Both the position numbers and the translations under genes were made by a program. The notes beneath the pieces were generated by a model. It searched no databases and was not told the DNA's origin. It saw only the letters and a program-made list of their open reading frames with translations. A stretch of 42,538 bases of DNA from a virus, in UHGV virus genome UHGV-0192467; one strand, given 5' to 3'. How positions within the stretch are numbered: the stretch's first letter is position 1; each line of letters opens with the position of its first letter. Shown here one piece after another: positions 25,064-35,300 of this stretch.

Positions 25064-26104
25064 ATGGCAAACAAGAGATATGAAAACTTTGTCCTTGAGA
25101 ACAAGCTCAAGGATCAGCTGGAAACCAGACTGAGCATGCTGGACTATGTGACGGTGGACGACAGCCTGACCCAGACGGCGGGCATGACCAAGAAGATCAA
25201 TGTCTACAAGGCCACCGGCGAGGCGGAGGACGTGGCCGAGGGTCAGGGCAACACCCAGTCCATCGAGATGAGCTACGACCAGCGCGAATACATCGTGGGC
25301 ACCACGCAGGCGCGCTTTGTATACACCGACGAGGATGAGATGACCGACCCGTACATGGTGGACGGCGGCGTGAGCAAGCTGAGCGAGGCGCTGGTGAACA
25401 AGATGTCCCGCAAGGTCAACGACGAGTACTGGCACGCGACCCTCTATGTAGAGGTGGGCGCGAGCGAGACGGCGGGCTTCGACCACTTTGTGGACGCGAT
25501 CGGCAAATTCAACAAGGAAAAAGACGAGGAACTGGCGCTTTTCGCCTTCTGCAATCCGGCCATGCGCGGCAAACTGCGCAAGGCGCTGAAGGACGAGCTG
25601 AAGTATTCCGAGGGCTACGTGCGCACCGGCTATATCGGCACGGTGGCGGGCGTGCCCGTGATCGGCAACAAGCTGATCCCGGACAACTGCGTCATTATCG
25701 CGACAAAGAAGGCCGTCACCTATTTCCGCAAGAAGGACGTGGAGACGGAGCAGGATCGCGACAGGAACAAGCGCATCAATACCCTGTACGGCCGTCAGGT
25801 GGGCGTGGTGGCGTTTACGGACGAGACCGAGTGCGTCATCATCGCCCCGGCCGGCACGAAGCCGACGATCACCACGGCCTCCATCGTGGCGGGCGACGAC
25901 GTATCGGTGGGCGGCACGTGCGCGGAGGGCGCGGCGGTGGAGATGCTGGTCAACGGCAACCTCGTCGGCAAGGCGGTGGTCTCCGGCACGACATGGAGCG
26001 GCACGCTGCCCAAGGTGGCTACGGGGGACAAGGTGACGGTGCGCGCCTGCGTCAAGGGCTACGCGATGGCCGTTTCCGACGCGAAGACCGCGACGGCCGG
26101 CTAA
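25064..26104 (+). CDS. major capsid protein with C-terminal Ig-like domain
   Basis: synteny; IGTVAGVPV, VETEQDRD; ~80-aa beta-rich tail. Confidence 0.85.
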   Translation: MANKRYENFVLENKLKDQLETRLSMLDYVTVDDSLTQTAGMTKKINVYKATGEAEDVAEGQGNTQSIEMSYDQREYIVGTTQARFVYTDEDEMTDPYMVDGGVSKLSEALVNKMSRKVNDEYWHATLYVEVGASETAGFDHFVDAIGKFNKEKDEELALFAFCNPAMRGKLRKALKDELKYSEGYVRTGYIGTVAGVPVIGNKLIPDNCVIIATKKAVTYFRKKDVETEQDRDRNKRINTLYGRQVGVVAFTDETECVIIAPAGTKPTITTASIVAGDDVSVGGTCAEGAAVEMLVNGNLVGKAVVSGTTWSGTLPKVATGDKVTVRACVKGYAMAVSDAKTATAG

Positions 26105-26114
26105 GGAGGACGAC

Positions 26115-26423
26115 ATGACCGACGAGAGACTGGCCCGGCTCAAGTTTCGGCTGAGCAGGCTGATTCCCAACGCCGACGAGGAAAAGATTGAAATCCTGCT
26201 GGAGCAATCCGAGCAGGATTTTCTGTCTACGTGCAGCCGCGGCGACGTGCCCGAGGAGGCGGACGGGCTGCTGATGCAGATGACGGCTTATCGCTACAAT
26301 CAGCTGGGCGCGGAGGGCCTGAGCGGCCAGTCCTTTTCGGGGCAGTCGGAGACGCTGCTGACCGACTGGCCGGAGACGCTGAAGCGCAGTCTGTACCGCT
26401 ACAGGAAGGTGAAGCTCTTATGA
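26115..26423 (+). CDS. head-tail connector
   Basis: YRYNQLGAEGLSGQSFSG; synteny. Confidence 0.85.
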   Translation: MTDERLARLKFRLSRLIPNADEEKIEILLEQSEQDFLSTCSRGDVPEEADGLLMQMTAYRYNQLGAEGLSGQSFSGQSETLLTDWPETLKRSLYRYRKVKLL

Positions 26424-26728
26424 TGCAGCGGATGAAGCCGTACACCCTTGAGCGGAAGGTCAACAGGCTGAACGACCTGTGCGAGCAGGTGGCGAGCTGG
26501 GAGGCAGTGGGCACGATTCGGGCCGCCGTCTCAGTGGCCGGCGGCAGCCGGAACGAGCTGAACCAGGTGCTGCGCATCGATTCCACCCACACGGGTGTGA
26601 CCTACGACGACGTGCGCACGGGAGACCGCTTCGGCGGCTACCGCGTGCAGTACGTCGCCGACGGCCCGAGGATGCGCACGCTGTACCTCGCGCGCGATGA
26701 CCCGGCGGAGGAGGCGGTGGTGGGATGA
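26420..26728 (+). CDS. head closure protein (putative)
   Basis: ATGA overlap; synteny. Confidence 0.65.
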   Translation: MMQRMKPYTLERKVNRLNDLCEQVASWEAVGTIRAAVSVAGGSRNELNQVLRIDSTHTGVTYDDVRTGDRFGGYRVQYVADGPRMRTLYLARDDPAEEAVVG

Positions 26729-27168
26729 ACGTCAGGATCAACGCGGACGAATTCGCCCGAGGGATGGACGCGGCGGCGGCGGAGATCGTGGCGCGCCTCC
26801 ATCAGGCGGTGGAGCTGAGCTGCATCGAAATAGAAAACGAGGCAAAGGCGCGCGCGCCCAAGGCCGACGAGCACATCGGAAACGACGCGCCGCTGCGGTC
26901 GAGCATTGCGCACAAGACCGCCATCGACGGCGCGCGCAGCTTCGGCGTGGTCGGCACGGACAACACCTACGCGGCGTTTGTCCACGAGGGCACGGGCATC
27001 TATTCCCGCACCGGCATGGGCCGCAGGGACGTGCCCTGGGCCTACAAGGACGCGCTGGGCCACTGGCATCAGACCAGCGGCAACAAGGCCGTGCCGTTTC
27101 TGGAGGACGCGGTCGACGTAAAGCGCCCGCGCGTGCTCCAGATTTTTCAATCCATACTGGGAGGCTGA
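26725..27168 (+). CDS. HK97 gp10-like tail completion protein
   Basis: LRSSI...VGTDNTYAAFVHEGTG...PFLEDA. Confidence 0.85.
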   Translation: MNVRINADEFARGMDAAAAEIVARLHQAVELSCIEIENEAKARAPKADEHIGNDAPLRSSIAHKTAIDGARSFGVVGTDNTYAAFVHEGTGIYSRTGMGRRDVPWAYKDALGHWHQTSGNKAVPFLEDAVDVKRPRVLQIFQSILGG

Positions 27169-27172
27169 CATC

Positions 27173-27526
27173 GTGAAGAGCTTTATCGAAAAAATGCGCG
27201 CCGCGCTGAAGCCTGTTCCGCTGCTGGCCAACCACACGGGATACGGCGGCGAGTGCGTGATCTACGACATCAACACCATCGCCTACGACAAGGCCAAGCG
27301 GACGGCGCGGGTCAAGGCGACCATTGTGACGGACACGATGGAACGCGGACTGGAGCTGGAGGGGAAGCTGGACGAGGCGCTGGTGACGCTGGGCGACGAT
27401 GCGCTGACAAACACGGTGACTACCTGCGCCCGCAACGGCGGCGGGTGGCTGAACGACGGCGACCGGCATATCCGGATCGCCTACTATGAGGTTGTAATCA
27501 GAGGAGGGAGAAAACATGGCGGCTGA
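27173..27526 (+). CDS. tail terminator (putative)
   Basis: synteny; GGAGG RBS. Confidence 0.65.
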   Translation: MKSFIEKMRAALKPVPLLANHTGYGGECVIYDINTIAYDKAKRTARVKATIVTDTMERGLELEGKLDEALVTLGDDALTNTVTTCARNGGGWLNDGDRHIRIAYYEVVIRGGRKHGG

Positions 27527-28082
27527 AAAAGAAAGAGTTGTGATGGGCGCCGGCAAATGGTATTCGAAGGCGTGGGATTCCGGCGCGATTGATTTCAAAA
27601 CGCTGTGCGTGGACGACAATCTGATCGGCTACACGCAGGGCGGCGCGGAGGTGACCTACACCCCGGAGACGTACACCATCGAGGACGACATCGGCATGGT
27701 GCGTCGTACGTTCCAGGTCAAGGCGGACGCGGAAATGAAGACCGGCCTGCTGACCTTTACCATCAAGAGCCTCGCGACGCTGCTGAGCGTGGGCGCGGTG
27801 ACCGAAGAGGCGGCGACCACGTCGACGACGGGCCTCGTGACGCTGAAGCTGACGGGCGGCAAGTCCGCGCTGAAGCGCTTCTTCGTGGCCTTCGTCTACG
27901 AGGACGAGGACACGGGCCTCAAGACGTATGTGGGCATGGTGTGCACCAACATCGCGCCGCTGACGCTGTCCTTCATGAAGGACAAGGAGACGGTGGTCGA
28001 CCTGACCTTCAACGGCGAGAGCAACGGCGTGGACACCACCATTCTGACCATCGCCGAGGAGACGGCCAAGACGGAGGCGTAA
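27516..28082 (+). CDS. major tail protein
   Basis: LIGYTQGGAEVTYTPE; synteny; hairpin after the stop. Confidence 0.85.
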   Translation: MAAEKERVVMGAGKWYSKAWDSGAIDFKTLCVDDNLIGYTQGGAEVTYTPETYTIEDDIGMVRRTFQVKADAEMKTGLLTFTIKSLATLLSVGAVTEEAATTSTTGLVTLKLTGGKSALKRFFVAFVYEDEDTGLKTYVGMVCTNIAPLTLSFMKDKETVVDLTFNGESNGVDTTILTIAEETAKTEA

Positions 28083-28141
28083 GACGACGCGACGCGCGAG
28101 GGCGGGAGCGCCCGCCCTCGATTTTGCAGGAGGAATAAATC

Positions 28142-28456
28142 ATGATTCTCGATCTGTCGGTTTTCAAGGAGGAGACGCTGGACATCACGATGATGGACGG
28201 CCAGGTGATCCACGTGCGCAAGCCCGGACAGGGCATGGTGATCGAGCTGATCAAGCTGCGCGACATCGACGAGCACACCGAGGCGGAAAAGGCGCTGGCG
28301 GCGCTGGATGGCCTCACGGCGATGATCCTCAACGACAACACGGACGGCGTGCAATTTGCTCCGGAATCGGTGCGGAAGCTCTCGCTGAAGGTGAAGCAGG
28401 CCATACTGAACGCCTACACGGCGTTTATGCTGGAGCTGCAGGGAAACCCTACCTAG
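28142..28456 (+). CDS. tail assembly chaperone (gpG-like)
   Basis: between the major tail and tape measure genes; ends with slippery G GGA AAC. Confidence 0.85.
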   Translation: MILDLSVFKEETLDITMMDGQVIHVRKPGQGMVIELIKLRDIDEHTEAEKALAALDGLTAMILNDNTDGVQFAPESVRKLSLKVKQAILNAYTAFMLELQGNPT

Positions 28457-28731
28457 CGCTCCCGCGCAAGCCCGGAGAGGACGAGGACGGCGACGGGGAG
28501 CTGATGCGCGGCATCCATGCCGTAATGGAATACACGGGCATGGGCATGAAAGAGGTGCTGAAGCTGCCCTGCGACATGTTTATGCTGTGCCGGAAAAACT
28601 GGGAAATTGACCGGCTGATGGAGACCGAGGCCGGGCGGGAATATCTGGACGACTGCGAGCGCTACAAGCAGACCAAGATGGACAAAAAGGGGATGCAGCG
28701 GCTGATCGCGCGAATGAATGGCGGTGAATAG
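28441..28731 (+). CDS. -1 frameshift extension of the tail chaperone (gpT-like)
   Basis: the -1 frame from GGGAAAC (28441-28447) is open and continuous with ORF 28504-28731. Confidence 0.8.
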   Translation, partial: GKPYLALPRKPGEDEDGDGELMRGIHAVMEYTGMGMKEVLKLPCDMFMLCRKNWEIDRLMETEAGREYLDDCERYKQTKMDKKGMQRLIARMNGGE

Positions 28732-28733
28732 AG

Positions 28734-31667
28734 ATGGCGGAACTGGCGCTTCCGAGCCTTAGCATAAAAATCAATGCCGACGGCACGCTGGCAATCAATG
28801 AGGTCAACCGAGTCAAAAAAGGCATCGGAGGACTGGTCAGCGAAGTGCAGGCGCAAGCCGAAAAGATCGGCAGTGGATGGAGCAAATACATCACCACGCC
28901 CATCGCGGCCATGTACACCGCGGCCACCAAGGGCGCGGCCGATCTGGTGGAGACGGTGGGCAAAACCGAGGTCGTGTTCGGACAGTTCTACGACCGCGTA
29001 GACAAGTGGTCGCAGAGCTCCATCGAGACGATGGGCGTGGCGCGCTCCACGGCGCTGGATATGGCGAGCCTGTACGGCGACATGGCCACGGGCATGGGCT
29101 TCGGGCAGGAGGCCGCCGCCGACATGGCGATGGAGCTGAGCAGCCTAGCGGCGGACATGGCGAGCTTCAAAAACATATCCATCGACATGGCCCAGACGGC
29201 GCTGAAGAGCGTATTCACCGGCGAGACGGAGAGCCTGAAAAACCTCGGCGTGGTCATGACCCAGGCGAACCTTCAGGCCTACGCGCTGTCGCAGGGGATT
29301 ACAAAGAACATTACATCCATGACCCAGGCGGAGCAGGTGACGCTGCGCTATAACTACGTGCTGGCGCAGACGACCAACGCCCAGGGCGACTTCGCGCGCA
29401 CGGGCGACAGCCTGTCCAACCAGAGCCGCAAACTGGGGCAGACGGTCAAGCAGCTGGGCGAGACCTTCGGCACGCTGCTGATTCCCAAGGTGACAGAGAT
29501 CGTGAGCTGGCTGCAGGGGGCGGCGCAGGGGCTGGCGGAGCTGGACGACGGAACGAAAAACACGATTCTGACCATCGGCGCGGTGGTGGCGGCGGCGGGG
29601 CCGATGCTACTGACGCTCAGCAAGACGCTCAAGCTGATCACGGCGCTCAAGGCCGCGATGGCCGCGTCGACCTTCGGCCCGGCGGCGCTGGCCATCATGG
29701 GCGCGGTCGGGGCGGCGGGACTGCTGGTGGCGGCGTTCAACCGCACGAAAAAGGAGATCGACACCACCAGCGAGAGCTACCAGAAGATGAAAAAGCTGCT
29801 GGACGACAACCTCCAGACGACGGTGGAGGTAGACGGGAGCCAGCTGGAAAATCTGGAAGACAAAACCATCACGGTGACAGCGGTGGCAGAAGGCGACACG
29901 GAAAAAGTGCAGGCCTTTATTGACAAGGTTGAAGAGCTGGGATGGGAGCCGAAGACGTTCACGGCCACGGGCGAATTCGAGGTCTCCGAAACGACCATCG
30001 ACAGCCTGAACGAATATGCGACGGCATTGGCGGCAGCGGCATCGGCTACAGGCGATTATAAAGAAGCAGTTGAAGCCGCAAACGCAATTCTCGATCAGCA
30101 AACGCAGGCGAAGATAGATGAAGCCAACAATCAGCTATCCGAACGGATGCGGGAGCAGACGAAACTGTATAACTCCGGGATCATCAGCTGGGATGAATAC
30201 ATCGCGAACCTGAAAACAGAGGCCACCGGCGCAGAAGGCAAAATACGGGAGCTGGAAGAAGCGCTGGATGCCGCACAGCAATCCAATATGGGATTGGCGG
30301 ACGGCATCAGAAATAATGACTTTGAAATAGTAGGCGAAGCCTATACGACGATTTTTGGCGATGAAAAAATCGGCGCTGAGGACTTGAAGAATGCAGCGGC
30401 AGCAATGGCGGAAGCGGCCAAGGCTGGCGAGGACATGACGGGATATCAGCTGGAAGCGAAAGTCACGATGGAAGGCCTGAAGAATACCACGGTCGACAGC
30501 TATAACCAGATGATCGCCGCCAAACAGGCGTATGACGACGCGATGAGCAGCGCGGATGCGACGGAACAGGAGGCGGATGCGGCACAAAGGCGGGCAGACG
30601 TTGCAGGGAAAATGTCCGAAGCAATGCTGGCATTAAACCGCACATTGCCAGTAACGGGCGATACAGAGGCTGCAATTGATGCGGTCGCCGAAAGCATCAC
30701 TGCAACTGAAGAAGAAGCGGCAGCGCTGAAAGAACAGCTGGAACAACTGGTCACAGGGGACGACGGACAGCTGATGGGCGCGTGGGAAGCGCTCGAAATG
30801 CTCGACGAGCATGCCGCCGAGTATTCTGCGGCGCTGGAAAATGAAAGGGCCAATGCACTGGCGAACGCCGAAGCACTCCGAGCCGAGGCGCAAACGGCGC
30901 GGGAGGAAGCGACGCAGAGCTTTGGCGACAGCATGGAGCAAATCCAGCAGAACGTCAATCTGACCGACGAGGAACTACAAGGCCTGTTGAGCACGATTGC
31001 CGCGACCGGCGTTGAGATCGACCCGGCAACGGTGGAACTGATCTCCGGCGTGCAGAGCATGGTCACGGAGGTGGCTACCACGCTTAAGGACGGCGGCCCG
31101 GAAGTGGCAGACGGCGTGAGCGAGATGATCGGCGCGGTGGGGAACGCAAAGAGCGACGCGGAGGCACAGGGAAGGCCTGTTGGCGCAGCCATCACCGCCG
31201 GCATCACCAGCGGCCTGAACAGCGGCACGGGAACGCTCTACAGCACGGTGCGCAGGATTGTTGCCAACGCCATCAAAACGGCCAAAGCCGAAGCGAAAAT
31301 CGCCTCGCCGTCTAAGAGAATGCGCGACGAGGTGGGCCGTATGCTGATCCGCGGCATGGACGTGGGTGCGAAACTGGAAATGCCCTCGTTGCTGTCCGGG
31401 ATGAAAGAGAACATGAACAAGATCATCTCCGGCGCGCAGGCGGTGGTGAACCGCGGCAGTTACACGGTGCCGGCGGTGGACAGCGTGGGGCGCTGGGGCG
31501 GAATTGACTATCAGAAAATGGGCGACGCGCTGGCGGGCGCGGTGCAGGACACGCCGGTGGCGCTGGTGGTCAACGACAAGGCCATCGCGCGCGCCACCAG
31601 CGAGGCGACGGGCCGGGCGCAGGCCATACGCGCACAGAGGATCAACGCGGGAAAGGGGCGCTGGTAA
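28734..31667 (+). CDS. tape measure protein
   Basis: 977 aa, Ala-rich helical; GETESLKNLG; TM-like segment; IASPSK. Confidence 0.92.
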   Translation: MAELALPSLSIKINADGTLAINEVNRVKKGIGGLVSEVQAQAEKIGSGWSKYITTPIAAMYTAATKGAADLVETVGKTEVVFGQFYDRVDKWSQSSIETMGVARSTALDMASLYGDMATGMGFGQEAAADMAMELSSLAADMASFKNISIDMAQTALKSVFTGETESLKNLGVVMTQANLQAYALSQGITKNITSMTQAEQVTLRYNYVLAQTTNAQGDFARTGDSLSNQSRKLGQTVKQLGETFGTLLIPKVTEIVSWLQGAAQGLAELDDGTKNTILTIGAVVAAAGPMLLTLSKTLKLITALKAAMAASTFGPAALAIMGAVGAAGLLVAAFNRTKKEIDTTSESYQKMKKLLDDNLQTTVEVDGSQLENLEDKTITVTAVAEGDTEKVQAFIDKVEELGWEPKTFTATGEFEVSETTIDSLNEYATALAAAASATGDYKEAVEAANAILDQQTQAKIDEANNQLSERMREQTKLYNSGIISWDEYIANLKTEATGAEGKIRELEEALDAAQQSNMGLADGIRNNDFEIVGEAYTTIFGDEKIGAEDLKNAAAAMAEAAKAGEDMTGYQLEAKVTMEGLKNTTVDSYNQMIAAKQAYDDAMSSADATEQEADAAQRRADVAGKMSEAMLALNRTLPVTGDTEAAIDAVAESITATEEEAAALKEQLEQLVTGDDGQLMGAWEALEMLDEHAAEYSAALENERANALANAEALRAEAQTAREEATQSFGDSMEQIQQNVNLTDEELQGLLSTIAATGVEIDPATVELISGVQSMVTEVATTLKDGGPEVADGVSEMIGAVGNAKSDAEAQGRPVGAAITAGITSGLNSGTGTLYSTVRRIVANAIKTAKAEAKIASPSKRMRDEVGRMLIRGMDVGAKLEMPSLLSGMKENMNKIISGAQAVVNRGSYTVPAVDSVGRWGGIDYQKMGDALAGAVQDTPVALVVNDKAIARATSEATGRAQAIRAQRINAGKGRW

Positions 31668-32372
31668 ATGGATGAGCCGTATTTTGTGTACGCGGGGCAG
31701 GACAGCCGCGACATGGGCGTGGTGGTGGAAGAGCTGCCCACCATACAGCGCCCGAGGCGCAAGGTGACGCGCTACGACGTGAGCGGGCGCGACGGACCGG
31801 TGGAGCTGGACGACGGCGGCTACGACGGCTATCAGACCACGATGCAGGTCAACGTATTCGGGCAGACGCGAGAAAAGGTGTTTGGCTGGCTGATCGGCGA
31901 GGGATGGTTCGTCAGCAGTGACGAGCCGGATCGCGCCATGTGGGTTTCGCTGGACGCGCAGGTCAAGGGCAAGCGCTTTTTCTGCGGCGAGTGCTTCGAC
32001 ACGCTGACGGTGACGCTGTACATTTATCCATACCGCTACGTCTGGCCGACGCCGGCAGCGCAGGAATTCACAGCTTTTCCGTCGACGCTGACCAACAATT
32101 ACGGCATTGCGTCGGAGCCGCGACTCCGCATTGAGGCGACGGGCGACATACTGGTCAACATCAACGCCCAGCAGATGAGCTTTGTGGGACTGACCGACGG
32201 CATTATCGTGGACAGCGAGCTGATGGAGTGCCTCAATCTGACGGAAACAGCGCTGCTGAACAGCAGCGCGTCCTTTACGGACTTCCCGCTGCTGAAGCCG
32301 GGGGCCAACATGATTTCGGTGGACGGGAATGTGACCAGGATTTCGATCACGCCGAGATGGAGGGTGCTATGA
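31668..32372 (+). CDS. distal tail protein (Dit-like)
   Basis: follows the tape measure; VSGRDG, FPLLKPGAN.I. Confidence 0.8.
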   Translation: MDEPYFVYAGQDSRDMGVVVEELPTIQRPRRKVTRYDVSGRDGPVELDDGGYDGYQTTMQVNVFGQTREKVFGWLIGEGWFVSSDEPDRAMWVSLDAQVKGKRFFCGECFDTLTVTLYIYPYRYVWPTPAAQEFTAFPSTLTNNYGIASEPRLRIEATGDILVNINAQQMSFVGLTDGIIVDSELMECLNLTETALLNSSASFTDFPLLKPGANMISVDGNVTRISITPRWRVL

Positions 32373-35300
32373 TTACGATCTACGACAGCCGGGAGACGGA
32401 CTTTTCGACGCTGGGTCTGTGCGTATTGCAGCCTACGGAATGCACAATCGAAGGCGAAGAAAACGGAATGATGGAGCTGAGCATGACCCATCCGATGGAC
32501 AAGGATGGGCGATGGCTCAATCTCGCCGAATACAACATCATCCGCGCGCCCGCGCCGGTGCGCGAAACGCCGCTAATCCGCGTGCTGGACAACCCGGGCG
32601 CGTCGGGCAAGACGGCCACGCGGACGATCTGCAAAGTGAAAACCTACACGGGCAAGCGGCTGAGACTGCGCGCGAAGCCCAGCACCAGCGCAAAGGTGCT
32701 GGGCTATTATGCGCCCGGAACGGAGGTCGTGCGGCTGAGCGTCTCCGGCGACTGGGCGCAGGTGGTGATCGTAAAGGGCGGCGCGTCGGGATGGATGAGC
32801 AACGAGCGCCTGCAGGTGGTGCGCACGGAGACGGAAAACGTCTCCGGAAGCGGCACCGAGAACGTCAGCAAGTGCATCGAGCCGCGGCAGACCCGCGAAC
32901 AGCTCTTTCGCATTTGCGAGGTGGAAACGGACGACGAAGCCGGTCTGGTGTACGTCACGGCCAAGCACATCTTTTACGATCTCGCATACAACACAGTCAA
33001 GGGTGACTATTCCCCGGACGGCGCGGCGGTCGGTGAGGTCTGCGCGCAGCTGCTGGCGCGGGCGCTCGATCCGCATGATTTTACGGTCTATTGCAACGCA
33101 GAGGGGACGGTCACCGGCGATTACGGGCGCAAGGGAATCGCCAGTTGTCTGCTGGAGAGTGAAGTCGGCGTGGCCGACCAGACGGGTGCGAAGATCGTGC
33201 TGGACAACTACGACGTGTTTATCCTGAAGGACGAGACGAGGGACAACGGCGTGGAAATCCGGCACGCGAAAAACATGACCGGCGCGACGCTGAAGAAGAA
33301 CGTGGAATCCACCATTACCCGCATCGTGCCGGTGGGCAAGGACAAAAATGGTGACCCGCTGCCGCTGCCCAACGGCGAGTATGTGGAAACGCCGCGGGCG
33401 GCGAGTATCCCGGTGATCCACAGCAAGGAAATCGAATACGACGTGAGCGTCGGGAAGAACGAGGGCGAGTACAAGGACAACGCGGCCGCCTATGCCAAAC
33501 TCAGAGAGCTGGCAACGGCAGATTTTGCGGACAACGCGCTGGATGCGGTAACGGTCGGCCTCGACGTGGACTTTGTCATCCTGGAAAACAGGCACTCGGA
33601 GAGCTACGCGGCCTATGCGGCGCTGCAGACCATCCACATGGGAGACACGGTGCGTGTGGTGTCGTCCCGCTCCGGGATCGACGCAAAGCTGCGCATGACG
33701 GGATTTACCTACGACGCGATGTATCCCAACGGTGGACGATACAAAAAGGTCAGGCTGGGACAACTGACCGACCTGAAAACGCAGGTATATGGCTTTGACA
33801 TCGCCCGAGGGACAACGCCGGGAAACAAAATCCTGCCGAACAGCCTGGACGGACAGGCGGCGCTGAAGAACGCCACCATCGGCTACGCGAAGATCGCCCA
33901 GGCGGCCATTGAGCAGCTGGCGGCGGACAGCATCGTGGCCATCCGGGCGGACATCCACGAGATCGTGGCGGGCAGCGTGACGACGGATCAGCTGTATGCC
34001 GACCTCGCCAGACTGGCCGTGGCGCAGATCACCACGGCGAACATCAAGGAGGCCAATATTGACTGGGCGCAGATCGCCGAGCTGACGGCGCAGATCGCGA
34101 ATATCTCCAAGGCGCAGATCACGACGGCGAACATCAATGCGGCCAATATCAACTGGGCGCAGATCACGTCCCTGTCTGCGGCCATCGCGGATATCGCGAC
34201 GGCCAAGATCGGCGAAGCGGAGATCAAGTCGGCGCAGATCACCGATCTGGAGGCGGAAGTCGCGCGCATTGCGGCGGCGAAGATCGCCGTGGCGGACATC
34301 GACTGGGCGCATATCAAGGACTTGGTGGCGGGCACGGCCATATTTACCGCGGGTGTGGGCGACAAGCTGCATATCGCGCGGCTGGCCGTCACCGAGGCGA
34401 ATATGGTCAGCCTGAGCGTGGGCGAGCTGCTGGTCAAGGGGCAGGACGGCTCGTTTTACTCCGTATCCGTGGACGCGAATGGGAACATCGTCACCGAGAA
34501 AAAGCAGGTCGTGAACAGCGACGTGAAAGACCTTTCCATCAACGCCGGGGAGAAGATCATCGAAGGCACGGTCACAGCGGCATGCCTCAATGCCAACGAC
34601 ATCTTTGCCAACAACGCGACCATCAAGCAGCTCATCGCGGCCAACATCGACGTGGACACGCTGTTCGCGCGGGAAGCGACTATAAATTCGATCAACGCGA
34701 TGGATATTCGCGGGAACAAGTATTTGCAGCTGTATGTGACGGACAAGGTTGACGGCATCGCCGTCGGCGGGCGGAACCTGCTGCGGAACACGAATCAGGG
34801 AACGGTCAACTGGGACTGGTCTATGCAGACAGGTGGGAAAACCATCGAAGAGTATCTGGATGGCGGCGTGCGCGCAGTTAAGATGACGAGGGACGCTACG
34901 CCTCATGCGGGATGGAGCGTTATATCCTACGCAATTGGAAAAGACGCATACGCCCTGCTGGAACCGGACGCGGAGTATATTGTCAGCATGGACTACAAGT
35001 CCACAGTCGCGGCCCCTAATGGTATCAGCGTCAATATTTGTACCGGAGAGGCTACGGATCATGCAATCCAGACCGCGACATACGATCAGGCGATACCGGC
35101 AGATGAATGGACGCATATCGCAGTGCCAATTAAAACGAAGTCTGCACTCCCTGCCTTCAATTATCAGCTTGTATACCTTACGGGTTTTTCCTCTGCCGTC
35201 AACTCAGTTCACATCTTCAAAAACCTGAAGCTCGAAAAGGGCAACAAGGCGACGGACTGGTCGCCTGCGCCGGAGGATATTGAGGAACGAATGAGCGCGG

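Noticed and set aside
33880..34330. Nucleotide repeat array in the tail gene
   Set aside because: Explained by peptide repeats (AQITTANI, IDWAQI) of a fibre shaft.
32573..35116. Long antisense ORFs (also 24038-26170, 333-1562, 20135-21355, 41100-42203)
   Set aside because: Shadow frames of GC-rich genes; no RBS or protein motifs.
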